Shown: positions 17,627 through 26,921 of the stretch, one piece after another | Layout: every line of letters starts with the position of its first letter | How positions within the stretch are numbered: position 1 is the first letter of the stretch | Assembly: GCA_049647005.1 (NCBI GenBank) | Contig: JBARWW010000214.1 | Span: forward strand, 1 to 36,478 | Length of the DNA: 36,478 nucleotides | Reading direction: 5' to 3' | DNA from: Acidaminobacteraceae bacterium | GTDB taxonomy: Bacteria > Bacillota > Clostridia > Peptostreptococcales > Acidaminobacteraceae | Notes under the pieces: model-generated | Databases searched by the model: none | The model's input: the letters and a program-made list of their open reading frames with translations, nothing else | Told to the model about the DNA's origin: nothing | Made by a program: the position numbers and the translations under genes

Positions 17627-18088
17627 CTAGTTTTTCTTTTCATCTAATAACTTAGTTAATTCATCAACAAATGTATTAATATCTTTAAATTGTCTATATA
17701 CAGATGCAAATCTTACATATGCAACTTCGTCTAAAACCTTTAAATGATTCATAAGTAATTCACCAATATACTTAGAAGAAATTTCTTTTTCAAGTGTGTT
17801 TTGAAGTGTCTTTTCAATCGTAGCGATCATCTTCTCCATTTGTTCAAACGAAACAGGTCTTTTTTCACAAGCTTTAATAATACCACTAAGTATCTTGTCT
17901 TTATTGTAAGATTCTCTATTACCATCTTTTTTTACTATGATAAGAGGAGTTTCTTCAATTTTTTCGTAAGTTGTAAAACGCTTTTTGCAATTGGTACATT
18001 CTCTACGTCTTCTAATTGCGCAACCTTCTTCTGTTGGTCTTGAATCAACTACTTTTGATTCACCATTATTGCAAAATGGGCATTTCAA
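17627..18088 (-). CDS. nrdR: transcriptional repressor NrdR
   Basis: Zinc ribbon CPFCNN...[12 protein letters not shown] plus an ATP-cone. The ORF-track GTG (18097) overlaps the SD GGGAG. A TTG at 18088, 8 nt after GGGAG, gives the canonical MKCPFC N-terminus. Confidence 0.92.
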   Translation of the reverse strand: MKCPFCNNGESKVVDSRPTEEGCAIRRRRECTNCKKRFTTYEKIEETPLIIVKKDGNRESYNKDKILSGIIKACEKRPVSFEQMEKMIATIEKTLQNTLEKEISSKYIGELLMNHLKVLDEVAYVRFASVYRQFKDINTFVDELTKLLDEKKN

Positions 18089-18117
18089 AATTATCACTCC
18101 CGTCTATCAAAATACTT

Positions 18118-18142
18118 AAAGGCTGAATCATTGGAATCAGCC
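18118..18142 (-). terminator. weak candidate terminator after ftsZ
   Basis: Hairpin GGCTGA...TCAGCC (18121-18142), followed on the minus strand by TTTAAGTATTTT. The stem is short and the U-tract interrupted. Confidence 0.3.
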
Positions 18143-18191
18143 CTAAGAGTTTTTTATTATATTATAGTTTCAATTAAAATTCTTATATAAA

Positions 18192-19355
18192 TTATCTTTT
18201 TCTTCTAAGGAAAGTCGGAATCTCAAACTCTTCAGTCTCTACTTCTTCCTTAGCTTTTACTTCAGAATTAACTTGATTAGCTTCCTTAGCAACAACTTCT
18301 TCTACATCAGTAGCTTCATTAGTTACAGCATCTTCAGATTTTTCTTCTTTCACAGCTACAGCTTCATCTTTAGTTTCAACTACAAGAGTAGTTTTTTGAG
18401 CTATATCATCAAAACCAGTAGCTATAACAGTTATACGAAGTTCATCTTTTAGATTTTCATCAATAACAGCACCAAATATAATATTTGCATCTGGATCTGC
18501 TGCTTGTGATATAATTTCAGCTGCTTCATTTACTTCAAATAATCCTAGTGATGGACCACCTGTAATATTAAGAAGTACACCTTTAGCTCCATTTATAGTT
18601 GTTTCTAAAAGTGGGCTATGTATAGCTTGTCTTGCCGCTTCTTGAGCTCTATCCTCACCAGAAGCATTACCAACACCCATGTGTGCTAGACCTCTTTCAA
18701 ACATAATCGTCTTAACATCCGCGAAGTCAAGATTTACAAGTCCAGGTATTGCAATTAGGTCTGATATACCTTGAACACCTTGTTTAAGCACATCATCAGC
18801 CATCTTAAAAGCATCTACAATTGATGTTCTTTTTTCAACAACTTGAAGTAATCTATCGTTTGGAATCGTAACTAAGGTATCTACTTTTCCTTTTAACTCA
18901 GCAATACCTGCGTCAGCGTGGAACATTCTTCTCTTACCTTCAAAAGTAAAAGGTTTAGTTACAACACCAACAGTAAGTATACCCATTTCTTTAGCAACTT
19001 CAGCAACAACTGGTGCAGCACCAGTTCCTGTTCCACCACCCATACCAGCTGTTACAAATACCATATCAGCACCTTGAAGAGCATTATATATATCATCTCT
19101 ACTCTCTTCAGCAGCTTTTTGTCCAACCTCAGGATTAGCACCTGCACCTAAACCTCTAGTTAGTTTTTCTCCAATTTGAATCTTATACTCAGCTTTTGAG
19201 TTGTATAACGCTTGTTTATCTGTATTTATAGCAACAAATTGAACTCCTTTTAAGTTTGCCTCAATCATTCTATTAACAGCATTATTTCCACCGCCGCCAA
19301 CTCCAACGACTTTTATTTGCGCAAATTGCTCCATATCGATATCAAATTCTAACAC
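18192..19355 (-). CDS. ftsZ: cell division protein FtsZ
   Basis: The ORF track gives 18192..19415. A GTG at 19355, 7 nt after AAGGGGG, gives [30 protein letters not shown], matching the canonical MLEF... FtsZ N-terminus. Tubulin signature is [10 protein letters not shown]. The C-terminal peptide is EIPTFLRRK. Confidence 0.95.
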   Translation of the reverse strand: MLEFDIDMEQFAQIKVVGVGGGGNNAVNRMIEANLKGVQFVAINTDKQALYNSKAEYKIQIGEKLTRGLGAGANPEVGQKAAEESRDDIYNALQGADMVFVTAGMGGGTGTGAAPVVAEVAKEMGILTVGVVTKPFTFEGKRRMFHADAGIAELKGKVDTLVTIPNDRLLQVVEKRTSIVDAFKMADDVLKQGVQGISDLIAIPGLVNLDFADVKTIMFERGLAHMGVGNASGEDRAQEAARQAIHSPLLETTINGAKGVLLNITGGPSLGLFEVNEAAEIISQAADPDANIIFGAVIDENLKDELRITVIATGFDDIAQKTTLVVETKDEAVAVKEEKSEDAVTNEATDVEEVVAKEANQVNSEVKAKEEVETEEFEIPTFLRRKR

Positions 19356-19405
19356 AAAACTGCCCCCTTTTAAATATATAACTAAAATTGTGTTATCTTT
19401 TAAAG

Positions 19406-19442
19406 ATTCTACCAAAATTTATTTTTCGACATTTTTTTTTTT
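19406..19442 (-). promoter_or_regulatory. candidate ftsZ-proximal promoter (extended -10) with upstream A11 tract
   Basis: The minus strand has TGGTAGAAT (19414-19406), an extended -10. The -35 (AAATGT) is poor. An uninterrupted A11 run on the minus strand (T11 on plus, 19432-19442) covers the -35/UP region. Confidence 0.4.
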
Positions 19443-19548
19443 AAATTTTAGCCTTACAATTGTGTGTAAGCAACTATTTCAGATGGTTACACCTACCATA
19501 TATATTATCATACAATATGCATATTACATAGAAAATTCAAGATAAATT

Positions 19549-19920
19549 TTATGTTTTCTTTATTTTTTTTCTCGTTTTTAAATAATCTCGCACTTTCTCT
19601 ATAAAAATACGTCTAATTATTGCTAAGTTATTAAACAATCTTACCCCAAATGCGAAAATAGCTGCGTAATAAAGTGGAACTCCTAAATTATCACCTATAT
19701 ATGCAAGTACTGCTGCAAGAACAGCATTAGAAACAAATCCCGTTACAAATATAACCGGTTCAAATTGATCTTGCATACTTGATCTAATTGCTCCAAATAC
19801 AGAGTCAACTGCTGCAAGGATTGCAACTGACACATATAATGAATAGGCAGTTGTAAATGAAAGTGGTAAAAGTAAGCCAACAAACATTCCAAGTAAAATT
19901 CCAAGTAAAGCGATTATCAT
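19549..19920 (-). CDS. sbp: small basic protein Sbp (DUF1290 family membrane protein)
   Basis: 123 aa. The motif AILAAVDSVFGAIRS is typical of DUF1290. It has a basic C-terminal tail. Its position after two DUF881 genes matches B. subtilis ylxW-ylxX-sbp. Confidence 0.8.
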   Translation of the reverse strand: MIIALLGILLGMFVGLLLPLSFTTAYSLYVSVAILAAVDSVFGAIRSSMQDQFEPVIFVTGFVSNAVLAAVLAYIGDNLGVPLYYAAIFAFGVRLFNNLAIIRRIFIEKVRDYLKTRKKIKKT

Positions 19921-19921
19921 A

Positions 19922-20638
19922 TTATTCCTCCACGTTTTCTAGATATATAGACTCTTGATTGCCACCATATGAGTCAATTTCTATATTAACACTAGTATTT
20001 ATTTCAACAAACACACCCCATTGTTTCAGTATATTGCCATACTGTCCTGGAGCATTTATCGAAGATTCCAGATATGTTTTATCACCTATCGCCTTTATAA
20101 CAAAAGGCTGAGCATAGTAATTACCATCAACTTTTATAGTTGGCCCATTACAATATATCTTGCTTTTACCAAATACTACTCTATTTCCATTTATACTAAT
20201 AGCTTCTGCACCAGCATTTCTAAGATCAGTAATTATATTTCTAATATCAATATCATGAACCATAACATTATTTGGATCTTCATTCTCTAGTAGTTCTCTA
20301 TCACCATCAGATATGATTATTATAACGCCCTGACCATAAACAGCTGATAATCCTGCTAATTTTTTTACCTTTTCAAGTTCCTCTTCTAGAGACTCTTGAA
20401 CAAGTTCTGAATCATCTAATTTTGAGTAATCCGTTATTTTTTTTTCTTTTTCTTGTATCGACAGTTTATACTGTTCAATTTGAGCTTTTTCATTTGCAAT
20501 CTCATAATATAAATTGTCAAGATCTTGGATCATAACGTACTTATATCCACTTTGTAAAGACTTAAATTGATAGACCGATAGAAGTCCAAGCAAGAACATG
20601 AGAAAAAACATGCTCGCCTTTGAAGTTCTTCTTTTCAT
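19922..20638 (-). CDS. DUF881 domain protein (YlxW/YlxX-like)
   Basis: 238 aa. N-terminal TM helix, coiled-coil, then the conserved C-terminal region VHDIDIRNIITDLRNAGAEAISINGNRV...IKAIGD. Confidence 0.8.
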   Translation of the reverse strand: MKRRTSKASMFFLMFLLGLLSVYQFKSLQSGYKYVMIQDLDNLYYEIANEKAQIEQYKLSIQEKEKKITDYSKLDDSELVQESLEEELEKVKKLAGLSAVYGQGVIIIISDGDRELLENEDPNNVMVHDIDIRNIITDLRNAGAEAISINGNRVVFGKSKIYCNGPTIKVDGNYYAQPFVIKAIGDKTYLESSINAPGQYGNILKQWGVFVEINTSVNIEIDSYGGNQESIYLENVEE

Positions 20639-20725
20639 TGCAACACTCCTAAACTACGTATTTACCAATAATATCCTTAAAATAATTTCTTTTAATATAC
20701 AAAATCAATTTTGAAATTCAAAAAA

Positions 20726-21433
20726 TCACTTAGTTTTAGCATGTTTAAAGTCTACTATTCCATTATACTTTTCAATAGTAAGAGACTCATACTGCTTTAT
20801 TTCTAGTAAATATCCTTTATCTCTAATCATATTTACAATTCCAAACCTTTGGCCTATTGCACCCTCTAATGTATCGGGATCACCAATCGCCTTAATAGTA
20901 AACGGCGCACTTTGTGGAACTGAATTTACATTTATATTGTTACCAGCAATTCTAATCTCTGATATAGCAGTAAGTCTTTGACCGTTTACATTAATTGCCT
21001 CTGCACCAGCTGCATTTAGTTCATTTATGAGATTTAATAGTGATTCATAGTCATAAATAATGTTGATTTCGTAAGTAATACCAATTTCTTTTGGTGGATT
21101 ATCAATTGTAATCTCAATACCAGGCCCCATAACATCAGTTAATCCAGAAAACTGTTTATACTTTTCAAGGTCATCATTGATTCTCTTTATCAATACATTT
21201 TCATCCGCAGCTGAAGTTTCAATTTCTTTAATTTTAAATTCTAGATCAGCAAGTTCGTCTTGAAGAAGGTCTTTGTCAGTTTTTAGTTTTGATACCTCCC
21301 TAATTAACTCTGTCGACTTAACGTTCGGACTAACTCCAAGCAAGTAATTTCTCTGTACAACTTTAAATTGAATTGCTATAGCTACACCTAGAACTACACA
21401 TACAAGGCCTATCCAGATATGATCTTTTTTCAT
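20726..21433 (-). CDS. DUF881 domain protein (YlxW/YlxX-like), paralog of the previous gene
   Basis: The ORF track gives 20726..21490. The ATG at 21433 (MKKDHIWIGL...) follows GGAGATTAGGAGTG. The region LLNLINELNAAGAEAINVNGQRL...IKAIGD parallels its neighbour. Confidence 0.8.
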   Translation of the reverse strand: MKKDHIWIGLVCVVLGVAIAIQFKVVQRNYLLGVSPNVKSTELIREVSKLKTDKDLLQDELADLEFKIKEIETSAADENVLIKRINDDLEKYKQFSGLTDVMGPGIEITIDNPPKEIGITYEINIIYDYESLLNLINELNAAGAEAINVNGQRLTAISEIRIAGNNINVNSVPQSAPFTIKAIGDPDTLEGAIGQRFGIVNMIRDKGYLLEIKQYESLTIEKYNGIVDFKHAKTK

Positions 21434-21443
21434 ATATTCACTC

Positions 21444-22169
21444 CTAATCTCCAAACGGTCTAAACAAAGGCAGTCCATCATTTGATACATCTATGATCCC
21501 ACTCTTTATATCTTTAGACTGTAAATTTTCATATATATCTATGAAGTCATTGAACTTACGTTCAATTTCATCCGCTCGTCCAAACCGAACTCTAAAATAA
21601 TCATTTAGTTGTATTTCAATTCCATTATCCACAAGAACTATAATAGGACGAAATTGAATATGAGATTTTTCTAGAAGTTCTATAAGTTTTAACGATTCTC
21701 TAAGTATAAGCTTACTTTCAACTACTATCTCTTTTCCAATCACAAAACTCTCTAACACAAACCCATCTATTAAAAATCCTTCTGCTTTCGCATTATCAAC
21801 TGATAAAACATATAGATTTTTATCAATCGTTATATACAAGTCTGAATACTTAACAATTGCATAAGGTTCTTTATAAACTATCATAATTTCTAACTTATTG
21901 GGATACTTTTTTTCCACAGTTGCACTTTTTACATAAGGATGATCTTTAAGTTTTTTAGCCACATCATCAGTATCAAGTAATAATAGGTTTGTTTCACCTT
22001 TAACTATACCACCGTACTTAAATATATCATTCTCAGAAATATCTACACTAAGATTATAAGAAACTGAGTCTATCTTGAAAACAGGTGTTTTAAAAAGTAA
22101 AATCCCTATTAAAACTATGGCAATAGAAACAATCAACTTTATCTTCTTTTTTACCCTTTTATTATTCAA
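21444..22169 (-). CDS. ftsQ: cell division protein FtsQ/DivIB (POTRA domain)
   Basis: 241 aa. TTG start 5 nt after AAGAGG. Basic N-terminus plus TM helix (LIVSIAIVLIGILLF). POTRA-like region is FKIDSVSYNL...PYVKSATVEKKYPNKLEIMI. Position after murG. Confidence 0.82.
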   Translation of the reverse strand: MNNKRVKKKIKLIVSIAIVLIGILLFKTPVFKIDSVSYNLSVDISENDIFKYGGIVKGETNLLLLDTDDVAKKLKDHPYVKSATVEKKYPNKLEIMIVYKEPYAIVKYSDLYITIDKNLYVLSVDNAKAEGFLIDGFVLESFVIGKEIVVESKLILRESLKLIELLEKSHIQFRPIIVLVDNGIEIQLNDYFRVRFGRADEIERKFNDFIDIYENLQSKDIKSGIIDVSNDGLPLFRPFGD

Positions 22170-22192
22170 AGCAACCTCTTTTGTAGTTTTAT

Positions 22193-23290
22193 TTAAACAA
22201 TCTTGTTTATATTATCAATAATTATAGTAAGAGCTGCATCTTTCTTAAGCTCATTTATAACTCGCATATCTTTTAACTCTTTTGGATTTTCTATAAATGA
22301 ATCTATCATCGACTTCACCTTTGCAAAAGTTACATCTTTTTCTAAAATTACAAAAGCTCTACCTGCATTTTCAATCGCACGCGCATTGTACTCTTGATGA
22401 TTGTCTTTTACATTTGGTGACGGAATAATAATAGATGGAGTTCCCGCTACCATAAGTTCAGCTATAGTAAGTGCACCCGCTCTACATATAACTATGTCAG
22501 CTGCGTAAAAAAAACTTGGTATATCATAACTAAATGGAAGAATATTTATATTTTCTTTAAATTCTGTTTCAATGTCTTTTCTAAACTTCATATACTTTTC
22601 ATAGTAGCTTCTTCCAGTTATATGTGTAAATGAAAGTCTTTCATCTCCATTAAATTCACTCATCATATCAAACATAATATCATTTATAACTTTTGCTCCA
22701 CCACTTCCACCAAGTGATACAATATTGAGTTTTTCATCAGAAAATTCATGTTTTACTCGACATTCTTCTCTATCCATCTTGTAAAATTCTCTTTTAATAG
22801 GGTTTCCCGCAAATATAAGATTGTCACTTTTCTCAAACTTATCGTGACTTTCTTTATAAGATGTAAATACTAAATTTGCCTTTTTTGAAAGTTTTCTATT
22901 TGCACTACCTGGAAAAGCATTTTGTTCATGTATTACTGTTTTAATACCAAGAAGCTGACCTACAAATACTATAGGAAAACTAACATATCCGCCCGTTCCT
23001 ACAATTAAATCTGGCTTAAACTGTTTTATTATAACAAAGGAATCAAATATACCTTTTAAAACCTTAAGGCCAGTTCTAATAACTTTTATTATATTTTTTG
23101 ATTTCATACCATCGACGGTTATAGCCCTATATTCCATTTTTTCTTTTTCAACAATTTCTTTTTCTATACCATTATGTGTACCCACATATAATAAATTAGT
23201 TTTACCAACTTTACTTTTAATTCCGTATCCAATTGCTATTGCAGGATTTACATGTCCTGCAGTTCCTCCACCAGTAAGTATAACATTCAT
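22193..23290 (-). CDS. murG: undecaprenyldiphospho-muramoylpentapeptide beta-N-acetylglucosaminyltransferase MurG
   Basis: 365 aa. N-terminus is ILTGGGTAGHVNPAIAI. Also has GGSGGA and RAGALTIAEL...PSIIIPSPNV..NHQEYNA. Confidence 0.94.
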   Translation of the reverse strand: MNVILTGGGTAGHVNPAIAIGYGIKSKVGKTNLLYVGTHNGIEKEIVEKEKMEYRAITVDGMKSKNIIKVIRTGLKVLKGIFDSFVIIKQFKPDLIVGTGGYVSFPIVFVGQLLGIKTVIHEQNAFPGSANRKLSKKANLVFTSYKESHDKFEKSDNLIFAGNPIKREFYKMDREECRVKHEFSDEKLNIVSLGGSGGAKVINDIMFDMMSEFNGDERLSFTHITGRSYYEKYMKFRKDIETEFKENINILPFSYDIPSFFYAADIVICRAGALTIAELMVAGTPSIIIPSPNVKDNHQEYNARAIENAGRAFVILEKDVTFAKVKSMIDSFIENPKELKDMRVINELKKDAALTIIIDNINKIV

Positions 23291-23317
23291 ATTTATATCT
23301 CCTACCTTTTATTAATT

Positions 23318-24415
23318 TTAATAAACTGATTCGTCTTCCCTATGCCTTGATATGTTAAGAAGTATACCCATTGAAGATAAAGATACTAACATATAGGTCC
23401 CACCATAACTGATAAATGGAAGCGGAACTCCTGTAACTGGAACCAGTGATGTTGTTACACTAATATTTAACATTACCTGAATTGCTATCATGGCTGTTAT
23501 TCCGGTTGCTAGATACATACCAAATGCATTTGGACAGTTCATAGCTATTTTTATACCTCTCTAAATTAAAATCAAAAATAAAATTAGTACAAGTGATGCT
23601 CCTATAAATCCAAGTTCCTCACCAATAGTTGCAAATATAAAATCGTTCTGTGGCTCTGGTATGTAGAGTTTATTCTGTATACTTTGACCTACTCCAACTC
23701 CAAACAATCCACCTGAACCAAATGCATAAAAAGACTGTACAACCTGAAATCCATCACCAAGTGGATCAGCAAAGGGATCAAGGAAACTAAGCATTCTTTT
23801 CATTCTATATTCCTCACTCATAGCAAGTATAAAAATTCCTAATGCTCCACTTGCTCCAAATATACCTATATGCATCCACCTCATACCAGCTACAAACAAC
23901 ATAGAAAATACAATAAGTGCTATTGTCATAGTTGTACTAAGATTTGGCTGCTTCATAATTAGAAAGCCAAAAACACTTATAAGAGTTATATACGGAAATA
24001 TTCCACGTACTAGACTCTTAATGTATTTTTGACTATAAGTAAGTGTGTTTGCACAAAATATAATTATTGCTAACTTTGCAAACTCCGACGGCATAACTCT
24101 TATACCTATATTTAACCACCTCTGCGAACCGTTTACATTTACCCCCATACTAGTCAAAACTAATACTAATGATGTAAATGAAATTATAAGCAGTATACCA
24201 GAAAATTTCTTTAATTTCCTATAATCATAATAAATAAAAAATATCATAAGCACTATACCAACTGCAGCAAACATAATATCTTTTTTAAAATAGTAATACT
24301 TATCGCCCCATTTCGAGAGCGTGAAGTAGAAACTAGAAGAAAAAACCATCATAATTCCTATAAAAACTAAAAACAAAACAGAAATAAATAACGTTAAATC
24401 AAATGTTCGCTTCAA
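23318..24415 (-). pseudogene. ftsW: FtsW/SpoVE-type SEDS peptidoglycan polymerase interrupted by one in-frame TAG
   Basis: ORFs 24415..23561 (284 aa, TTG start 9 nt after AAGGGGG) and 23542..23318 (74 aa) are in the same frame. Only TAG at 23561-23563 separates ...GASLVLILFLILI from RGIKIAMNCPNAFGMYLATG.... The downstream piece carries the conserved SEDS C-terminus LVPVTGVPLPFISYGG. Conceptual read-through gives about 365 codons, the normal length. Confidence 0.85.
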
Positions 24416-24421
24416 ACTACA

Positions 24422-25786
24422 TTACCCCCTTAGGGAATTCACCAATTTCTTGAACTCTTCCCCACGTTTTTCATAATTCTCATACATATCCCAACTCGCA
24501 CAAGCTGGAGATAAAAGTATATTTTTTGTCTTATAATTTACAGTTGAAGCTTTTTTAATAGCCTCTTCCAATGAATTTACTATGTGCGTATGTTTAAACC
24601 CTTTTCTATGGGCACATTTTTCAATTATAAATTTTGTCTCACCAAATAAAACAAGTTCTACAACAGTATCACCAAATGAATCTATCAAACCATCAAATTC
24701 ACTAGCTTTATCCATTCCACCAGCTATAAGGACCGTTGGTCCATTCATAGACTTAACTGCAACAATCGATGAATCTGGATTAGTACCCTTAGAGTCATTG
24801 TAATACTTAATTTCATTTATCAAATCTACATATTCAAGTCTATGCTCTACACCTTTAAAACTCATAAGTGACGATTTAATTGACTCTATAGAAATACCAC
24901 TATAGAATGCTATAAGAGAAGCAGCCATTGCATTTTCTAAATTATGTGGACCTGGTATAAATATATCATTAACATCAATAACTTCATGTGTAAGGCCAGA
25001 TAATTTATCTTTTATCATAAGTTTTGATTCACTCACATATGCACCATCTTCAAGCTCTATATTTCTAGAGAAAAAAACTACTCTCGATTTATCCGTGCGA
25101 AATTTAAGTTTTCTTGTAAGTTCATTATCATAATTAAGAATAAGAATATCTCCCTCAATTTGATTTTCAAATATCCTTGCCTTTGCATCTATATAGTTTT
25201 CCATTGTCTTATGTCTATTAAGATGGTCGGGAGTTAAATTAAGTACTGCCGAGACATCTGTTTTAAACTTAGATATAGTCTCAAGCTGAAAACTACTTAC
25301 TTCCGTTATCATAAAATCTTGTTTTTTATTTGTAAGAGCAACTGAAACAGCTGGTATGCCAATATTACCTACGACATACGAAGGTGAACCAAAATCTTCA
25401 AACATCTTTCCAACTAAAGCAGTCGTTGTAGTTTTTCCGTTTGTGCCAGTTATTCCAATAAATTTTTTTGAATTACTAAGTCTATATGCGAGTTCAAGTT
25501 CACCTATAACTTCTACACCTGATTTTCTAGCTTTATTTATAAACTCAAGATCCGTAGGAACTCCTGGTGACAATACCATAATGTCAACACCGCTATAATC
25601 ATCTGGGTGCTCACCTAGTATAGCTTCATTATATAGACCATCTATTTGAGGAAGTATCTCTGCAAGATTTTCCTTTGTTTTCATATCGTTAATAATTACA
25701 TAAGCAGAAACTTCTTTTAAAGCTTTTAAGGTTGAGATACCTGATCTTGCTATACCAACTACGATTATCTTTTTATCTTTAAACAT
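24422..25786 (-). CDS. murD: UDP-N-acetylmuramoylalanine--D-glutamate ligase MurD
   Basis: 454 aa. N-terminus is VVGIARSGIS. ATP-binding loop is GITGTNGKTTTT. Also has DSKGTNPDS. Position between mraY and ftsW. Confidence 0.94.
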   Translation of the reverse strand: MFKDKKIIVVGIARSGISTLKALKEVSAYVIINDMKTKENLAEILPQIDGLYNEAILGEHPDDYSGVDIMVLSPGVPTDLEFINKARKSGVEVIGELELAYRLSNSKKFIGITGTNGKTTTTALVGKMFEDFGSPSYVVGNIGIPAVSVALTNKKQDFMITEVSSFQLETISKFKTDVSAVLNLTPDHLNRHKTMENYIDAKARIFENQIEGDILILNYDNELTRKLKFRTDKSRVVFFSRNIELEDGAYVSESKLMIKDKLSGLTHEVIDVNDIFIPGPHNLENAMAASLIAFYSGISIESIKSSLMSFKGVEHRLEYVDLINEIKYYNDSKGTNPDSSIVAVKSMNGPTVLIAGGMDKASEFDGLIDSFGDTVVELVLFGETKFIIEKCAHRKGFKHTHIVNSLEEAIKKASTVNYKTKNILLSPACASWDMYENYEKRGEEFKKLVNSLRG

Positions 25787-25839
25787 AATTCACCTCGGAA
25801 ATATTTTATTATAAGAATTTATAAAGCTATATGCCTACT

Positions 25840-26802
25840 CTAAAAAATAATAAAGTAAGATAATACGCAAAGAATAAGAGCAACAAAGTAAAATACGCTA
25901 GTAACTTTTACTTCAGACCATCCACAAAGTTCAAAGTGATGGTGAATTGGACTCATCTTAAATACTCTTTTTTGTCTTAATTTAAATGAAGCCACTTGAA
26001 TGATAACCGAAAGTGTTTCACCAACATAAACTCCACCTACAAAGATAACTATAATCGGCATCTTAAGGGTTATAGCTAGACCACCAATTGCTCCACCAAG
26101 TGCCAGAGAACCAACATCCCCCATAAATACTTTTGCAGGGTATTTATTAAATATTAAAAAGCCTAAACATCCACCAAGTATTGATGCAGATGCAAGTGAT
26201 ACATCGAATGCACCTAACTTATAAGCCACTATAACAAAGAAAGTAGCAACTACTGAAGTTACACCAGAAGCTAATCCATCTAAACCATCAGTCAAGTTCA
26301 CACTATTTGTAATCGCGAGCATAAATAACACTGTAAATGGGTAATATATAAATCCAATATTAATATAAGCATTATAAAAGGGAATATAAGTTTCTGTTCC
26401 AAGTCTTGATCCCATAATAGCTATGACTATACCTATGATAAACTGCCCTGCTAACTTTTGTTTTGCAGTAAGTCCAAGGTTTCTCTTAAGGGCTATCTTG
26501 ATATAATCATCTAGGAATCCTACCATACCAAATCCAAGAAGTGATACATAAACTATAGCAGTTTTAAAACTATAATTATTGAGTATTAGAGTAGATGTAA
26601 TCGCAGCAGTTATAATTATAAGACCACCCATAGTTGGTGTACCCGACTTAACAAGATGACTCTTTGGTCCCTCTACTCTAATACTTTGTCCAAATTTCAT
26701 CTTTTTAAGTAATGGAATTATAAAAGGTCCAAGTACAGCTGCACTTGCAAAACTTATAACAGTTGCTATTATTAAAAACTTTATGTCTTCTGTGTAATTC
26801 AT
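25840..26802 (-). CDS. mraY: phospho-N-acetylmuramoyl-pentapeptide transferase MraY
   Basis: 320 aa polytopic membrane protein. Motifs are GTPTMGG, FLDDYIK, NLTDGLDGLA, GDVGSLALGG and MSPIHHHFE. Confidence 0.95.
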   Translation of the reverse strand: MNYTEDIKFLIIATVISFASAAVLGPFIIPLLKKMKFGQSIRVEGPKSHLVKSGTPTMGGLIIITAAITSTLILNNYSFKTAIVYVSLLGFGMVGFLDDYIKIALKRNLGLTAKQKLAGQFIIGIVIAIMGSRLGTETYIPFYNAYINIGFIYYPFTVLFMLAITNSVNLTDGLDGLASGVTSVVATFFVIVAYKLGAFDVSLASASILGGCLGFLIFNKYPAKVFMGDVGSLALGGAIGGLAITLKMPIIVIFVGGVYVGETLSVIIQVASFKLRQKRVFKMSPIHHHFELCGWSEVKVTSVFYFVALILCVLSYFIIF

Positions 26803-26921
26803 GTCCTGCTCCTTCTATCTCTTAATTTTTATTAATACAAGAAATATTCACAAGGGATTTTTCCATAATAATTTATGTTGGAAGATTAGCCTATGAATCT
26901 GCTTCTATTAAAACAAGGTTT

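Noticed and set aside
23561-23563. TAG recoding (pyrrolysine or reassigned stop) as the explanation for the ftsW interruption
   Set aside because: TAG terminates at least four other well-defined genes in this window at positions matching normal protein ends (2903, 15358, 21444, 31247). No pyl genes are seen.
23552-23564. PyrR-binding-loop-like sequence TTTAGAGAGGTAT on the minus strand
   Set aside because: It shares only the AGAGAGG core with the PyrR site. It lies inside ftsW coding sequence with no flanking attenuator hairpins.
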